A stretch of DNA of 64,000 nt from an uncultured Actinomycetota bacterium (GCA_963721775.1 CAVRMH010000038.1:27707-91706), one strand, 5' to 3'. Positions 42,435 to 53,967 are shown, counted from the first letter of the stretch. The notes: generated by a model not told the origin, from the sequence alone. Translations and numbers: made by a program.

Positions 42435-43873
42435 GGCTTCTTCGTCACCTTCGTGCGACCCCGCGGGGCGCGCGGGCGGGTCTCGCTGGCGCTGTCGACG
42501 AGCTCCTCGAGGGCGTCGGTCAGGCACTGGCCGAGCAGCTGTACGTCGGGCAGCGCGTCCCGGTCGGCGGTGATGCCGTAGTAGACCGCGCCGTCGTACG
42601 ACGTCACGCCGATCGCCAGCGCCTGGCCGGGCAGCAGCGGCTGCACCGGATAGGTCTCGAGCATGCGCGCGCCCGCGGCGTACAGGGGGAACTGCGGGCC
42701 GGGGACGTTGGTGACGGTGAGGTGGAAGCCCTTGCGGTGCTCGTCGGCGGCGACGCGCGAGCCGAGGGCGTGGAACGTGGTCGGGGCGAAGCCGGCGATC
42801 CCGGCGAGCCGGTTGGCGGCCACCGCGTGCCCGGTCTCGCTGTGCGCCTGGAAGGCGTAGGAGACCTGGTGCAGCCGGACGACGGGGCTGGCCTCGCCGA
42901 TCGGCAGGTGACGAGGTGGCCGGTGATCTGGGTGCCCAGCGAGGTCGCCTCGAGCTCGTCGTCGATGACGGACATGGGCACCATCGCCCGCAGCTGGCGC
43001 ATCGCGGACGACGAGGTGCCGCGCGCCATCAGCCAGGCCCGCAGCGCGCCGGTGACGGTGGCCAGGATGACGTCGTTGACCGAGCCGCCGTGCACCTTGC
43101 GCACCCGGCGGTAGTCCTGCAGGTCGGTGCGCACGGTGACGAAGCGGCGCTGCTCGGACAGCTCGGCCGACAGCGGCGACTCGGGGTTCGGGCGCCGGTT
43201 GGCCAGGGCGTTGACGACGGCGCCGATCCGGTCGCGGGTGGCGCCGGCGGCGCGGACCGCGGCCTGGGCCTTGCTCTGGCCGGTGGCGGCCAGCGTCGCC
43301 GGGTCCCGGACGCTGTCGACGAGGGCGCCCACCGCGAGCCCGACCGCGGTCGGCGGCCGGCGGGGCATCCAGTCGTCGCGCTCGAGGTCCTTGGCCTCGG
43401 CCGAGGTGTCGAGCAGCACCTGGCCCAGGTCGACGGTCTCGACGCCGTCGACGAGGATCTGGTGCGACTTCGACAGCAGCGCGACCCGGCCGTCGGCCAC
43501 GCCCTCGATGAAGTAGACCTCCCACAGCGGCCGGTGCACGTCGAGCGGCCGCGACATGATCCGGCCGACCAGCTCGCGCAGCTGCTCGATGCTGCCCGGC
43601 CGCGGCAGTCCCGGAGCGGCGTACGTGGAAGCTCAGGTCGAAGCGGGCGTCGTCGATCCAGATCGGGTTGGCCAGCCGGCCGGGCACCTGCTGCAGGCGC
43701 TGGCGGTAGCGCGGGACGAAGGCGATCCGGTCGGCGATGAGCGCGACCAGCGCCTGGTAGTCGAACCCCGAGTCGGCCGGGTCGAAGATCTCCAGCGTCG
43801 CGTTGTGCATCGGCGTGGAGGCGGACTCGGTGGCCAGGAACGCCATGTCCCGGGCCCGGAGCCGCTCGCTCAT
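42431..43873 (-). CDS. Wax ester synthase/diacylglycerol acyltransferase (WS/DGAT) family; frameshifts
   Basis: DMAFL..E....PMH, PRYRQR, RPLWE, SHQILVDG, VNDVIL, VTNVPGPQ.PLY. Confidence 0.88.
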   Translation of the reverse strand: MSERLRARDMAFLATESASTPMHNATLEIFDPADSGFDYQALVALIADRIAFVPRYRQRLQQVPGRLANPIWIDDARFDLSFHVRRSGTAAAGQHRAAARAGRPDHVAAARRAPAAVGGLLHRGRGRRPGRAAVEVAPDPRRRRRDRRPGPGAARHLGRGQGPRARRLDAPPAADRGRARGGRPRRQRPGPGDAGRHRPEQGPGRGPRRRRHPRPDRRRRQRPGQPAPEPRVAAVGRAVRAAPLRHRAHRPAGLPPGAQGARRLGQRRHPGHRHRRAAGLADGARHLVVRDAPAAGDGAHVRHRRRARGDLAGHPDHRPPRHLPIGEASPVVRLHQVSYAFQAHSETGHAVAANRLAGIAGFAPTTFHALGSRVAADEHRKGFHLTVTNVPGPQFPLYAAGARMLETYPVQPLLPGQALAIGVTSYDGAVYYGITADRDALPDVQLLGQCLTDALEELVDSASETRPRAPRGRTKVTKKP

Positions 43874-44005
43874 GTCTACTCCCACGTCTCGTCGTCGATC
43901 ACGGACCCGCAGGGGGTCGGTGTGCTCCCCGGTTGGCGCTGCATGGGATTCTGACAGAGTAGCCGCCCCGGTCAGGGCGGGTCCCGTTGTCTGGAGGAGT
44001 ACGTC

Positions 44006-44443
44006 GTGCCCCGTCGCCGCAGGTGGGTCGCCACCGCAGCCACCACCCTGGTCGTCCTGAGCGCCGTCAGCCTGTCCGGCTGCTCCAGCGCCGAGGACGA
44101 GCCGGACGCCCAGGACTCCTCGAGCGCGACGACCGACGCCACCTCCGCCGGCGACGGCGGCAGCAGCAGCGCCGCGCCGACCGGCGTCGTGGTCGACATC
44201 ACCTTCGACGGCGACACCGTCGACCCCAACGGCGAGCGGATCCAGGCCAAGGTCGGCGAGCCGGTGACCCTCAACGTCGACGCCGATGCCGCGGGTGAGC
44301 TGCACGTCCACTCCACGCCGGAGCAGGAGATCGCCTACGACGCCGGCACCTCCACCCACGAGGTCACCTTCGACCAGCCGGGGATCGTCGAGATCGAGTC
44401 GCACGACCTCGACAAGGTCGTGGTCCAGGTCGAGGTCCGCTGA
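44006..44443 (+). CDS. Lipoprotein with cupredoxin-like C-terminal domain
   Basis: Lipobox LSGC; GEPVTLNV..ELHVH..PGIVEIESH. Confidence 0.7.
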   Translation: MPRRRRWVATAATTLVVLSAVSLSGCSSAEDEPDAQDSSSATTDATSAGDGGSSSAAPTGVVVDITFDGDTVDPNGERIQAKVGEPVTLNVDADAAGELHVHSTPEQEIAYDAGTSTHEVTFDQPGIVEIESHDLDKVVVQVEVR

Positions 44444-44445
44444 CC

Positions 44446-45769
44446 TTGCGCTTCGACGCCCACGGGATCGGTGGGGCCAAGGACCTCCCGATCCCTGCCG
44501 AGTACGCCATCGCCGGCGCCTGCGCCGCGCTGGCCGTGTCGTTCACCGTGCTGGCCCTGGCCTGGCGCACGCCGCGCTTCAACACCGGCGCCCACCCCCG
44601 CGCCGCGCCCCCGAGGCGCTCGCGCGCGTCGTCGACAGCCCGTGGTTCGCCCTGGTCCTGCGGGTCCTCGGCTTCGCGTTCTTCGTGTACGTCGCCGCGG
44701 CGGCGGTCTTCGGCAAGGACCTGCTGATCAACCCGTTCTTCGGGGTCTTCTTCGTCCTGCTGTGGGTCGGCATCGTGCCGATGTCGCTGCTGTTCGGCCC
44801 GTTCTACAAGGCGATCAGCCCGGTCCGCACGATCAACGCCCTGCTGGCCAGGCTGTCCGGCTCGGACCCGGAGGTGGGCCTGCGCGACTACCCCGCCCGG
44901 CTCGGCTACTGGCCGGCCGCGGTGGGCCTGTTCGCGTTCGTGTGGTTCGAGCTGGTCTACCCGTTCAGCACCGAGCTGGGGCCGGCCCGGCTGTGGTGTG
45001 CGGCGTACGTCGGGCTGATGCTGATCGGCGGTGCGCTGTTCGGCAACCGGTTCTACGAGAACGCCGACCCGTTCGAGGTCTACTCCTCGCTGGTCGCGCA
45101 CCTCTCCGTGTGGGGCCGTGACGACGAGGGGCACCTCGTGGTCCGCTCCCCGCTGGCGAACCTCGACCTCACCCCGGTGCGCAACGGCCTCCTCGCCGTC
45201 TGCTCGGTGCTGCTGGGCAGCACCGCCTTCGACTCCTTCAAGGACTCCGGCTTCTGGGTACGCCGCGTCCAGACGTGGAACGTCGACTCCGAGCTGGCTC
45301 AACTTCGCGGCCCTGCTGGTGTTCATCGTCACCGTCGGCACGCTCTTCGCGCTCGCGACGATGGCCACCGGGATCCACGACGACCACCACCGGCTCAGCC
45401 TGCCGGGGCAGTTCGCGCACTCCCTGCTGCCGATCGTCGTCGGGCTACGTCTTCGCGCACTACCTCAGCTACCTCGTCGAGGTCGGCCAGCAGACGGTGA
45501 TCTACCTCAGCGACCCGTTCAGCACCGGCGCGAACTACCTCGGCACCGGCGACCGGGCGGTCAACTACTGGCTGAGCTACCACCCGACCTTCCTGGCGGT
45601 GAGCAAGGTGTCCGCGGTGATCATCGGTCACGTGCTCGCGGTCATCGCCGCGCACGACCGGGCGGTCAAGCTGCTGCCGAAGAGGCACCAGCTGACCGGT
45701 CAGCTGTCGCTGCTCGTGGTGATGGTGGGCTTCACGATCGGCGGGCTCTACCTGCTGTTCGGCGCCTGA
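44446..45769 (+). CDS. Polytopic membrane protein ('fenitrothion hydrolase FedB'-like); frameshifts
   Basis: AHGIGG..DLPIP, LFGP.YKAISPVRT, FVWFELV, DPFEVYS, HSLLPI..GY.FAHY, GHVLAVIAAHDRA. Confidence 0.7.
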
Positions 45770-47006
45770 GCCGGCCCGTCCTCGCGGACCCGGCCCGGTG
45801 CGGCTGGAGCGCGTCCACGAGGGCGGAGAACGCCCGGGTGAGGGCGGAGTCGCCCTGCTCGGTGAGGCAGCGTCCGGCGACCAGCGCCCGGTCGACCGCG
45901 CCCCGGTCGTCGGGCAGGACGTGCAGCCCGGCGATGCTCGCGAACCCGGCCACCATCCCGGTCGACCTCGGCCTCCGACCAGCCCAGCGACCCGCGCATC
46001 CGGTTGACGACGACGTGGACCGGACGGCCTCCGGTGTGCTCGTGGAGCTCGACCAGCCCCCGGGCCAGGCGGGACAGCCCGACCGGGTCCGCCGAGCCGA
46101 CCACGACCAGGGTGTCCGCGGCCTCGATCGCCTCCCGGGTCATCGTGTTGCGGCCGGCCCTGCCGGCGTACTCCGCGGCGGGGTCGTCCTCGAGGCAGAA
46201 GCCGGTGTCGACGACCACGTCGCCCTGCCGGCGGCCGAGCCCGACGATGGCCTCGACGGTGCCCTCGCGGACCTCGACCCAGCGGTCGGGACGCGGCAGC
46301 CCGGTGACCACCCGCAGGCCGGCCACGCGCCGCTGGAGGGTGAGGAAGCGTCCGGGCAGCTCGCCGGTCGGCGACAGCCGGGCGCACGCCAGCAGGCCGG
46401 AGACCTCGTCGAGCACGCCGAGGTGCTGGCCGACCGCGCCGCCCCAGGGATCGGCGTCGAGGACCAGCGGGTCGGCGCCGCGCCGGGCCAGCTCGCCGGC
46501 GATGCCCAGCGCGACCGTGGTGCGGCCGGGCGCGCCCGTCGGTCCCCACACCGCGATCGCCTGACCGCTGCCCCGGGCGGCGAGCGGGCCGGCCCGGGTG
46601 GGCTCGTCGTCGTCCGGGTCCGGACGGGGCCGCCGCGGCGAGCACCACGTCGGGCAGCTGGTCGAGCCGGGCCACCTCGACCGTCCCGGCGAGACCGAGC
46701 CGGGTGGTCCGGGCGACCACGTCGGGACCCGCGGGGTCGACGACGGCGACCGGGCTCACGGCGTACCTCCGCAGGTGCTCGACCGCGGCCGGGTCGAGGC
46801 CGGGGGCGTCCAGCGACACCACGGCGACGTCGGCCTGGCCGGTGGCGGCGTGGGCCATCAGGTCGGTCACGTCCATGCAGCGCCGGAGCACGACGATGCC
46901 GGTGCGCGAGCCGAGGGCACTGAGGGCGGCGGACTCCCACGGCGCACCGGCCGCGACGAGCAGGACGGCGGTGCGCTGGCCCGCCGGGCATCGGCCCGAT
47001 CACCAT
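45732..47006 (-). CDS. Receiver-like plus MinD/ParA/CpaE-like P-loop ATPase; frameshifts
   Basis: RRCMDVTDL, VWGPTGAPGRTT (deviant Walker A), DADPWGG, VVDTGF, VVVNR. Confidence 0.78.
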
Positions 47007-47010
47007 CCGC

Positions 47011-47680
47011 TCAGCCCTGCCGGGTGATGACGATGCGGTTGTCCTTGGCGGCCGCGAGCGCCTCGCCCACCTCGTCCGCGGCGCCGTCGGCCACCCCGAC
47101 GAGCACCTGGCGGTTGCCGCCGGCGGCGAAGTCGTCCTGCGACCGCGGCACGGCGATCACCACGACGTCGTCGAGCACGAGCCGGGAGCCGTGGCGCAGC
47201 GAGGAGGAACCCGGGGTCGGGGTCACCCACACGTCGACCAGGGAGCCGGGCTCGATGCTGGCCGGGATCACCTCGGCCGGCGCCCAGACCGGCACCTCGG
47301 TCAGCCCCTCGTCCGCCGCGCCGAGCGCCGCCACCGGCAGCAGCTCGCCGGTGCCGACGTCGCGCGCCAGCGTGGCGTCGGCGGGCAGGTCGTCACCGAC
47401 CCGGAGGTAGCGGTCGGCGTCGCCGGTCGTCGGCGAAGCGCACCCGTCGGGCGACGAGGTCGCCCTCGGTCAGCGGCTGCCCCTGGGCCAGGTCGGCACC
47501 CGCGGTCCACACCTCGACGGTGTCGTCGGCACCGCCGATCAGCCGGACGCCGACGAGCACCGAGGCGGCCACCAGGGCGACGCCGAGCCAGAGCCGGGGG
47601 TCGCGCCACCCGTGGGTGCGGGCACGGACCGCAGGCGGAGCATCATGAGTCCCGAGATTTCTGCTCACGGGGGTCATCAT
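47011..47680 (-). CDS. SAF-domain / CpaB-like protein; frameshift near 47425
   Basis: WRDPRLWLGVALVAASV, DL..G..L, GELLP, GSLVDVWVTP. Confidence 0.72.
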
Positions 47681-47785
47681 GGGCACATCCGGGGCGATCC
47701 GTCACGGACTGTTTCCACAGGCACGCTCTCCACAGCCCCACCTCCCTGCACCCACCGCGCTGTCCGGGATGGCAGAGTTGGGCCC

Positions 47786-48034
47786 ATGGCCGCCCCCCAG
47801 CGCTTCCTCACGCTCCCCGAGGTGGCCGAGGTCCTGAACACCTCGGTGGCGCAGGTCTACGCCCTCGTCCGCCGTGGCGAGCTGGTCGCGATGCGCATCG
47901 GCGGCCGGGGCCAGTGGCGGGTCGAGGTGGACAAGCTCGAGGAGTACATCCAGCAGGCGTACGCCGACGCCGCCGCCCACATCGACCAGCACCCCTTCGT
48001 CGAGTCCGAGTCCGAGCCCCAGTCCCTCGACTGA
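47786..48034 (+). CDS. Excisionase/BldC-like (HTH_17) DNA-binding protein
   Basis: RFLTLPEVAEVLNTSVAQVYALVRRGEL..IGGRGQWRV. Confidence 0.88.
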   Translation: MAAPQRFLTLPEVAEVLNTSVAQVYALVRRGELVAMRIGGRGQWRVEVDKLEEYIQQAYADAAAHIDQHPFVESESEPQSLD

Positions 48035-48045
48035 CCCCTCCTCCT

Positions 48046-48231
48046 CCCCGCCGAACCGTGCGTTCTGGCGGGCCCAACCGTGCGTTCTGGCGGGCCCAAC
48101 CGTGCGTTCTGGCGAGGCCGAACCGTGCGTTCTGGCGGGCCCAACCGTGCGTTGCGCGAAGCCGTCACAACGCACGGTTCGCCCGACCACAACGCACGGT
48201 TCGGCGGACCACAACGCACGGTTCGGCGGGG
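48046..48231. repeat. Bipartite inverted array of the 22-bp family (5 forward + 3 reverse units) with 19-bp terminal inverted repeats; MITE/REP-like
   Basis: Starts CCCCGCCGAACCGTGCGTT and ends AACGCACGGTTCGGCGGGG. Confidence 0.92.
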
Positions 48232-48235
48232 TGGG

Positions 48236-49646
48236 TCAGGGGAGGGCGGGGGTGACCTCGGGGAGGATCTGGTCCAGGGCGAGCGGGCGGAGGGGGAGGA
48301 ACGTCGCGCCGGCGTCGGTCACCGTGCGCACCCCTCCGGCGTACGGCGCGGCTCCCTCCACGACGATCCCGATGGTGCCGTCCGGGATGTCGACCGGCGT
48401 GGTGGTGCCGGGCTGGATCCTGGCCTGCCAGGTCTTCTCGGGGCCGTCGGTCAGGAACCGCGCTTCGAACGAGCCGCCGCCGGTCGTGGTCGTGATCAGC
48501 AGGGTGTGGTCACCCTTCGGCGGCACCATCGCCGCCGTCTGACCCTCCGCCGGGGGTACGCCGGGCAGGTGCACGAGGTCTCCGTCGACCACGGACCGCA
48601 CCGACGCGGTGACCGGGACGGTACCGGTGAGCTGGAGCGAGGCGTCCTCCTTGGCGAGCTGCTTCATCACCTCGTCGCTGAGCGGGGTGACCACCACCCG
48701 GCCCGCGGGCACCTGGATCGGCTCGAGCCCGGCCGGCGCGAACGTGCTCTGCTTGCCTGCGATCTTCAGCTCGACCCGGCCACCGGCGTCGCCGGGGTTG
48801 GCCAGCACCAGGGTGTGGCTGTCGGCCTGCTTCGACAGACCGGGTACGACGAGCTCGGTGGCGGGCGCGGACGCCGCGGTCAGCCAGTCGACGGTCGGCT
48901 TGCCCTCGCCGGGCACGGTGAACGAGTCGTCGACGCTGGCCGCGACCCGGCCGCGCGAGACGGTGACCTGCATCGCGAGCTCGGCCCGGTTCGGCGCGAG
49001 GTCGCTCAGGTCGATCTTGGTGCTGTCGTTGCCGGGGATGGTGAGCCCGCGCGAGCGCACCTCGTCCAGCGGTCCGTCGACGCTCCACAGGGCGACGTCG
49101 GCCACCGCCGGACCGGAGTCGGGGTTGGTCAGCTCCAGCTCGGAGGCGTGCAGGCCCGAGGTGCCGACGCCGACGTACCAGGTCTCGGTCGCCGGGGCGA
49201 CGCACTCGGCGGCCGAGGTCACGCCCTTGCCGGAGAAGCGTGCTGCGAAGCAGGCCGGGCGCCAGCGCGTCCTGCCCGTGGATCACGACCGGACCGTTCG
49301 GACCCGGGGCCCGGGTGGCCTGGCCGGGCTCGAGCGGGATCGTGGTCGTCGACGTGGCAGAGGTCGCCGGGCGGACGGTCACCTCCCCGTCGTCCGTCTG
49401 GTCGCTCACGCTGCCCACGGAGACGTCGGGGCTGCCCGAGGTGGGCGGGCAGGCCAGGTCGGCCACGGACAGCGGCTGGCGTTCGGGGGCCTCGGTCGCC
49501 GTCTCGCCCTGCTCCGCGGCCGGAGCCTGCACGGCCAGGGCGAGAGCGGTGACGAGCATCGCGCCCAGCCCGAGCGCGACCATCGGCCGGAACAGGCGCC
49601 TGCGGGTGGGGCCGGCGATGCGCCGGCCGCCCTCGGTGGTGTTCAT
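48236..49646 (-). CDS. DUF5719 family secreted/membrane-anchored protein; frameshift near 49250
   Basis: N-terminal TM, LACP, C..P....WYVG, LELTNPD...A, LVLANPG; follows the GT2 gene with ATGA overlap. Confidence 0.72.
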
Positions 49647-52476
49647 CGGGACTCCCTCCGGGTCGGGCCGCAGAGCACGGCGACCACGAGGATCGCGAGC
49701 ACCTGGAGGCCGAGCAGCCACGGGTGCCACCACGGTCCGTCGCCGGCGATCGCGTCGGCCGGGGCCGGTTCGTCGAACTGCCAGGCACGGGTCGAGCGGT
49801 CCGCGGCGCTGGCCTGGGTGAGGCCGCTGGCGGCGTCGAGGGTGGCGGCCACCTGGCCGTCGGCCGGCGACGGCATCACGACGTAGTCGATGCCGTAGCC
49901 GGGCATCCGGCCCACCACGTCGGTGGTCGGCCGGGACACCAGAGCGCCGACGTCCGCGTCGAGCTTCGCGTCGGGCTCGGTGAGCGCGAGGATCTCGTCC
50001 TCGCCGAGCGTGGTGCCGTCACCGCGGTAGACCGACCAGGTGAGGCCGGACTCCACGTCGCCGTTGAGCACGAGCACGCCGTGACCGGGTGCGGACCGGG
50101 TGACCTGGCGCATGTACTCCGGGACGTCGCTGGCGACCGGCCGGCCGATGTCGTCGTCCTGGCCGACCAGCCACCACGCCCAGCTGAACACGGGTACGGC
50201 GAGCGCGCAGGCCGCGAGGACCGCCGCCAGGGCGGGCCGCCACGGGATCGTCCCGCCGGCGAGGTCGGAGCGTACGCCGTGGCTCGCGACCAGCACGGCC
50301 ACGACGAGGGCGCCCTGGATGACCAGCAGCAGGAAGCCGAGGCCGGGGAGCGCGTCGCCCGCGGGCAGCGTGATCGTGATCCGGCTGAGCACGGCCGCGA
50401 GCACCGCCGCGAGGGCGATCAGCGTCCAGCAGGCGGCCACGGCGATCCGGGTCCGCGAGCGGAGCAGCGCGAAGGCGGCGGGCACGACGAGCAGCAGCCC
50501 GAGCCCCATCGGCGCGGCCAGGTCGTCGAAGCGGCCGGCCAGCAGGCCGAGCGGACCGGGGGTGTCGGCGATCCGGCCGGCCTCGAGGAAGATCGCGGTC
50601 ACGTCGTGGCCGAGGATCCCGAGCGTGCCCGGCAGCAGCAGCACCGGCGGCGCCACGACCAGGACCAGCAGCGGGCCCCACACGGACCGCGCCTTCATCG
50701 CCGCGCCGGCCAGCGCGAAGCCGACCCCGACGACGCCGAGCACCACCAGCAGCATGAACAGCCAGGCCACCGGCGTGAACGCGGTGATCAGCGTGAGCAG
50801 CAGCCCGGCGCGCCAGCCGGCCCGCCAGCGGCGGTCCGCCGACGGCTCGGTGAAGCCCAGCGCGGCGTGCACCAGCCAGGGCAGCAGCGCGGCCGAGGCG
50901 ACCACGCCGAAGCGGCCCTGCCCCCAGGCACCGCTGGCGGCGGGGACCACGGCGTACGTCGCGGCGGCCCAGCCGACCAGCCACGGGTTCGCGGCCTGGC
51001 CGGAACCGATCTCGGCGAGCACCTTGCCGACCCGCCAGCTCCCCCAGCCGGCCAGCGGGACGGCCAGCAGGAAGAGCAGGCTGACCACGACGGTCGGGGT
51101 GGAGAACGGGATGGTGGCGACGAGCGCGAACGGCAGCACGTAGCCGGGCTCGGGGGCGTCGGTGCCCTGGGCGATCTGGTGCCAGCCCTGGCCGACCAGG
51201 CGCCACCAGTCGGCGGCCTCGTCGGGCGCCGGCGACAGCGCCCCGCCGGCGAGCGGCCCGAAGGCCCCGCGGGCGGCGTACAGGCTGAGCACCAGGAAGC
51301 CGATCGTCACCAGCGCGATCGGGCTGGTCAGCAGGCGCACCAGCCACCCGGAGTCGGCGCGCGAGCTCCTCGGCCTCGTCGGGGATCGGGCCGTGCTCGC
51401 GCGACGTGCGCGTCGATGCGCGCGGCCCGGCGGCGCTCGGCCGCGTCCCTGCTCTCGTTGACGGCCGCGGTGAACAGGTCGGTGATCGCGTCGAGGCCGT
51501 GCCGGTAGGGCACCCACCACGGCGCGAGCAGCCGGCGTACGTCGGCGGGCTGCTGGCCCTCGACACCCCGTCGGGACCGCCGGGCGGCGCGGATCCGGCC
51601 CGGGTGGGAGTAGACGTTGATGAGCGCGAACGTCTCGTCGGCGGCGAGGCCGGGCGAGCGGACCAGCAGGAAGCCGAGCACCCGCCAGAAGCTGCCGATC
51701 ATCAGCCGCAGCACCTGCCACGGCAGCTTGCGGCCGGTGGCGTTGGCGAGCAGCACGAAGAGCGCGGCCTCGCGCTCGGCCCGGTGGGTGCGGGTACGCC
51801 GGCCCATCAGGCGGGTACGCCGCTGTCCGCGGTGGGCCGCCTCGGCGTGGAAGGCGACGGCGGCCGGCACGACCATGGTGCGGTGCCCGGCCTTCGCGGC
51901 GCGCCAGCCGAAGTCGATGTCGGTGGCGAAGAGCGGCAGCTCGGGGTCGAAGCCGCCGAGCTTCTCGAGCACGTCGCGGCGTACCAGCATGCCCGCGGTG
52001 TTGACCGCGAGCACCTCGCGGACCTCGTCGTGCTGGCCCTGGTCGTACTCCCCCCGCTCCAGACCGGTCTCGCGGCGGCCGGTGGCGGAGATCGTCACGC
52101 CGAGCTCGAGGAGCCGGCGCAGCGAGGGCCACTCGCGGAGCTTGGGGCCGAAGATGTCGGCGTCGTGGGCCTCCGAGGCCGCCAGCAGCTCCTGCAACGC
52201 CCGGGGCTCGGGGTTCACGTCGTCGTGGAGGATCCACACCCAGTCGGTGTCGATCATCGCCAGGGCGTGGCGTACGGCGTCGGGGAACGAGCCGTCGTAG
52301 GAGTGGACGGCGTCGTGGCCGAGGGCTTCGGTGAGCAGGCCGAGGGTGTCGGCCCCGCTGCCGGTGTCGACGGCGAGGATGCGGTCCGGCGGGAGCTGCT
52401 GGTCACGAAGACCAGTCAGCACCGCCGGTAACCACCGCGCACCCTCGTGGCTGACCAGGAGAGCGGTGACTGTCAC
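49643..52476 (-). CDS. GT2 glycosyltransferase with large C-terminal membrane region; frameshift near 51350-51400
   Basis: LVSHEGARWL, WVWILHDD, GPKLREW, DQGQHD, LAVNTAGMLVRR, GFDP; many TM segments downstream. Confidence 0.85.
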
Positions 52477-52508
52477 GCCGCGTAACCCTAGCCGCCATGC
52501 GGCTGGGG

Positions 52509-52763
52509 TCAGACAGCGCGCTTCTTCAGCTTGCGACGCTCGCGCTCAGACAGACCGCCCCAGATACCGAAACGCTCGTCGTTCATGAGCGCGTACTCGA
52601 GGCAGTCGTCGCGGACGTCGCAGGTCAGGCAGACCTTCTTGGCCTCCCTGGTGGAACCACCCTTCTCCGGGAAAAAGGCCTCCGGGTCGGTCTGGGCGCA
52701 CAACGCGCGCTCCTGCCAACCCATCTCTTCCGCATCCCCGTCGAGGAGAAAGAGCTCTCGCAC
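52509..52763 (-). CDS. whiB: WhiB family Fe-S transcription factor (WhiB/WhiB2)
   Basis: WQERALCAQTDPEAFFPEKGGSTREAKKVC..C.VR..CLEYAL..ERFGIWGGLSERERR. Confidence 0.97.
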   Translation of the reverse strand: MRELFLLDGDAEEMGWQERALCAQTDPEAFFPEKGGSTREAKKVCLTCDVRDDCLEYALMNDERFGIWGGLSERERRKLKKRAV

Positions 52764-52854
52764 GGCACTCCCCTTTCGACCCTGACAAGGGTCCGTATCC
52801 CCCGGACCCGGTGCCCTTCCACCCTCTGGTGAAGGTGTGAACAACACTATGGGA

Positions 52855-52883
52855 ATTACATGCCTGTCGTCCCGGGAAGTCAA
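52855..52883 (-). promoter_or_regulatory. Sigma70-type promoter of whiB: TTGACT-N17-TGTAAT
   Basis: AGTCAA at 52878-52883 and ATTACA at 52855-52860, 17-bp spacer. Confidence 0.65.
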
Positions 52884-52944
52884 GCGAAAGTCTGATATGC
52901 CCCCGCCTGCCCATCCCCGCTGACCGATCGGGCAGGGTGTCCCC

Positions 52945-53960
52945 ATGCGCTCCCTCACCGTGCTCTCCGGCGGCATCGGCGGCGCGAGGTTCCTGCAGGG
53001 TCTCCTGCACGGCCTCCGCACCGGCCGGATCCCGGGCCTCGACCCGGTCGACCCGGCGGCCGACGAGACGAACGTCACTGTCGTGGCGAACACCGCCGAC
53101 GACCTCTGGGTGCACGGTCTCAAGGTCTGTCCCGACCTCGACACGGTGATGTACACCCTAGGCGACGGCATCGACCTCGAGCGCGGGTGGGGGCGGCGTG
53201 AGGAGACGTGGTCGGCCAAGGACGAGCTCGCGGCGTACGGCGTGGAGCCGACGTGGTTCGGGCTCGGCGACCGCGACATCGCCACCCACCTGGTGCGCAC
53301 CCAGATGCTCGAGGCCGGCTACCCGCTCAGCGCGGTCACCGAGGCCCTCTGCCGCCGCTGGCAGCCGGGCGTACGCCTGCTGCCGATGAGCGACGACCGC
53401 GTCGAGACGCACGTCGCGATCGCCGACCCGGAGAGCCCGTCGGGCCGGCGGGTGGTCCACTTCCAGGAGTACTGGGTGCGGCTGCGCGCGCAGGTCCCCG
53501 CCGAGCAGCTGGTCTTCGTCGGGCTCGACGAGGCCACCCCCGCACCCGGCGTGCTCGAGGCCATCGCCGACGCCGACCTGGTCGTGCTGCCGCCCTCCAA
53601 CCCGGTCGTCTCCGTCGGCACCATCCTCGGCGTGGCCGGCGTGCGCGACGCCCTGCGGGCCACGAAGGCGCCCGTCGTGGGCCTCTCCCCCATCGTCGGC
53701 AGCCACCCACGTGCGGGGCATGGCCGAGCAGATGCTCACCGCGATCGGCGTCGAGGTCAGCGCCGCTGCGGTGGCCGCGTCACTACGGCGCGCGGTCGGC
53801 CGGCGGGATCCTCGACGGCTGGCTGGTGGACCAGACCGATGCGGACCAGGTGGCGGCCGTCGAGGCGCTCGGCATCGCGTGCCGCGCCGTACCCCTGATG
53901 ATGACCGACCACGACGCCACCGCCGCGATGGCCGCCGCGGCCGTCGACCTGGTCCGGTGA
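52945..53960 (+). CDS. cofD: 2-phospho-L-lactate transferase (F420 biosynthesis); frameshifts near 53700-53780
   Basis: SGGIGGARFL, NTADD, CPDLDTVMYTL, WFGLGDRDIATH, HFQEYWV, PSNPVVS. Confidence 0.95.
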
Positions 53961-53967
53961 CCCGCCG

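Noticed and set aside
47786-48034. Excisionase-like gene read as a sign of a prophage or ICE
   Set aside because: No integrase, tRNA/att site, phage genes or compositional shift nearby. It fits a chromosomal HTH_17 regulator.
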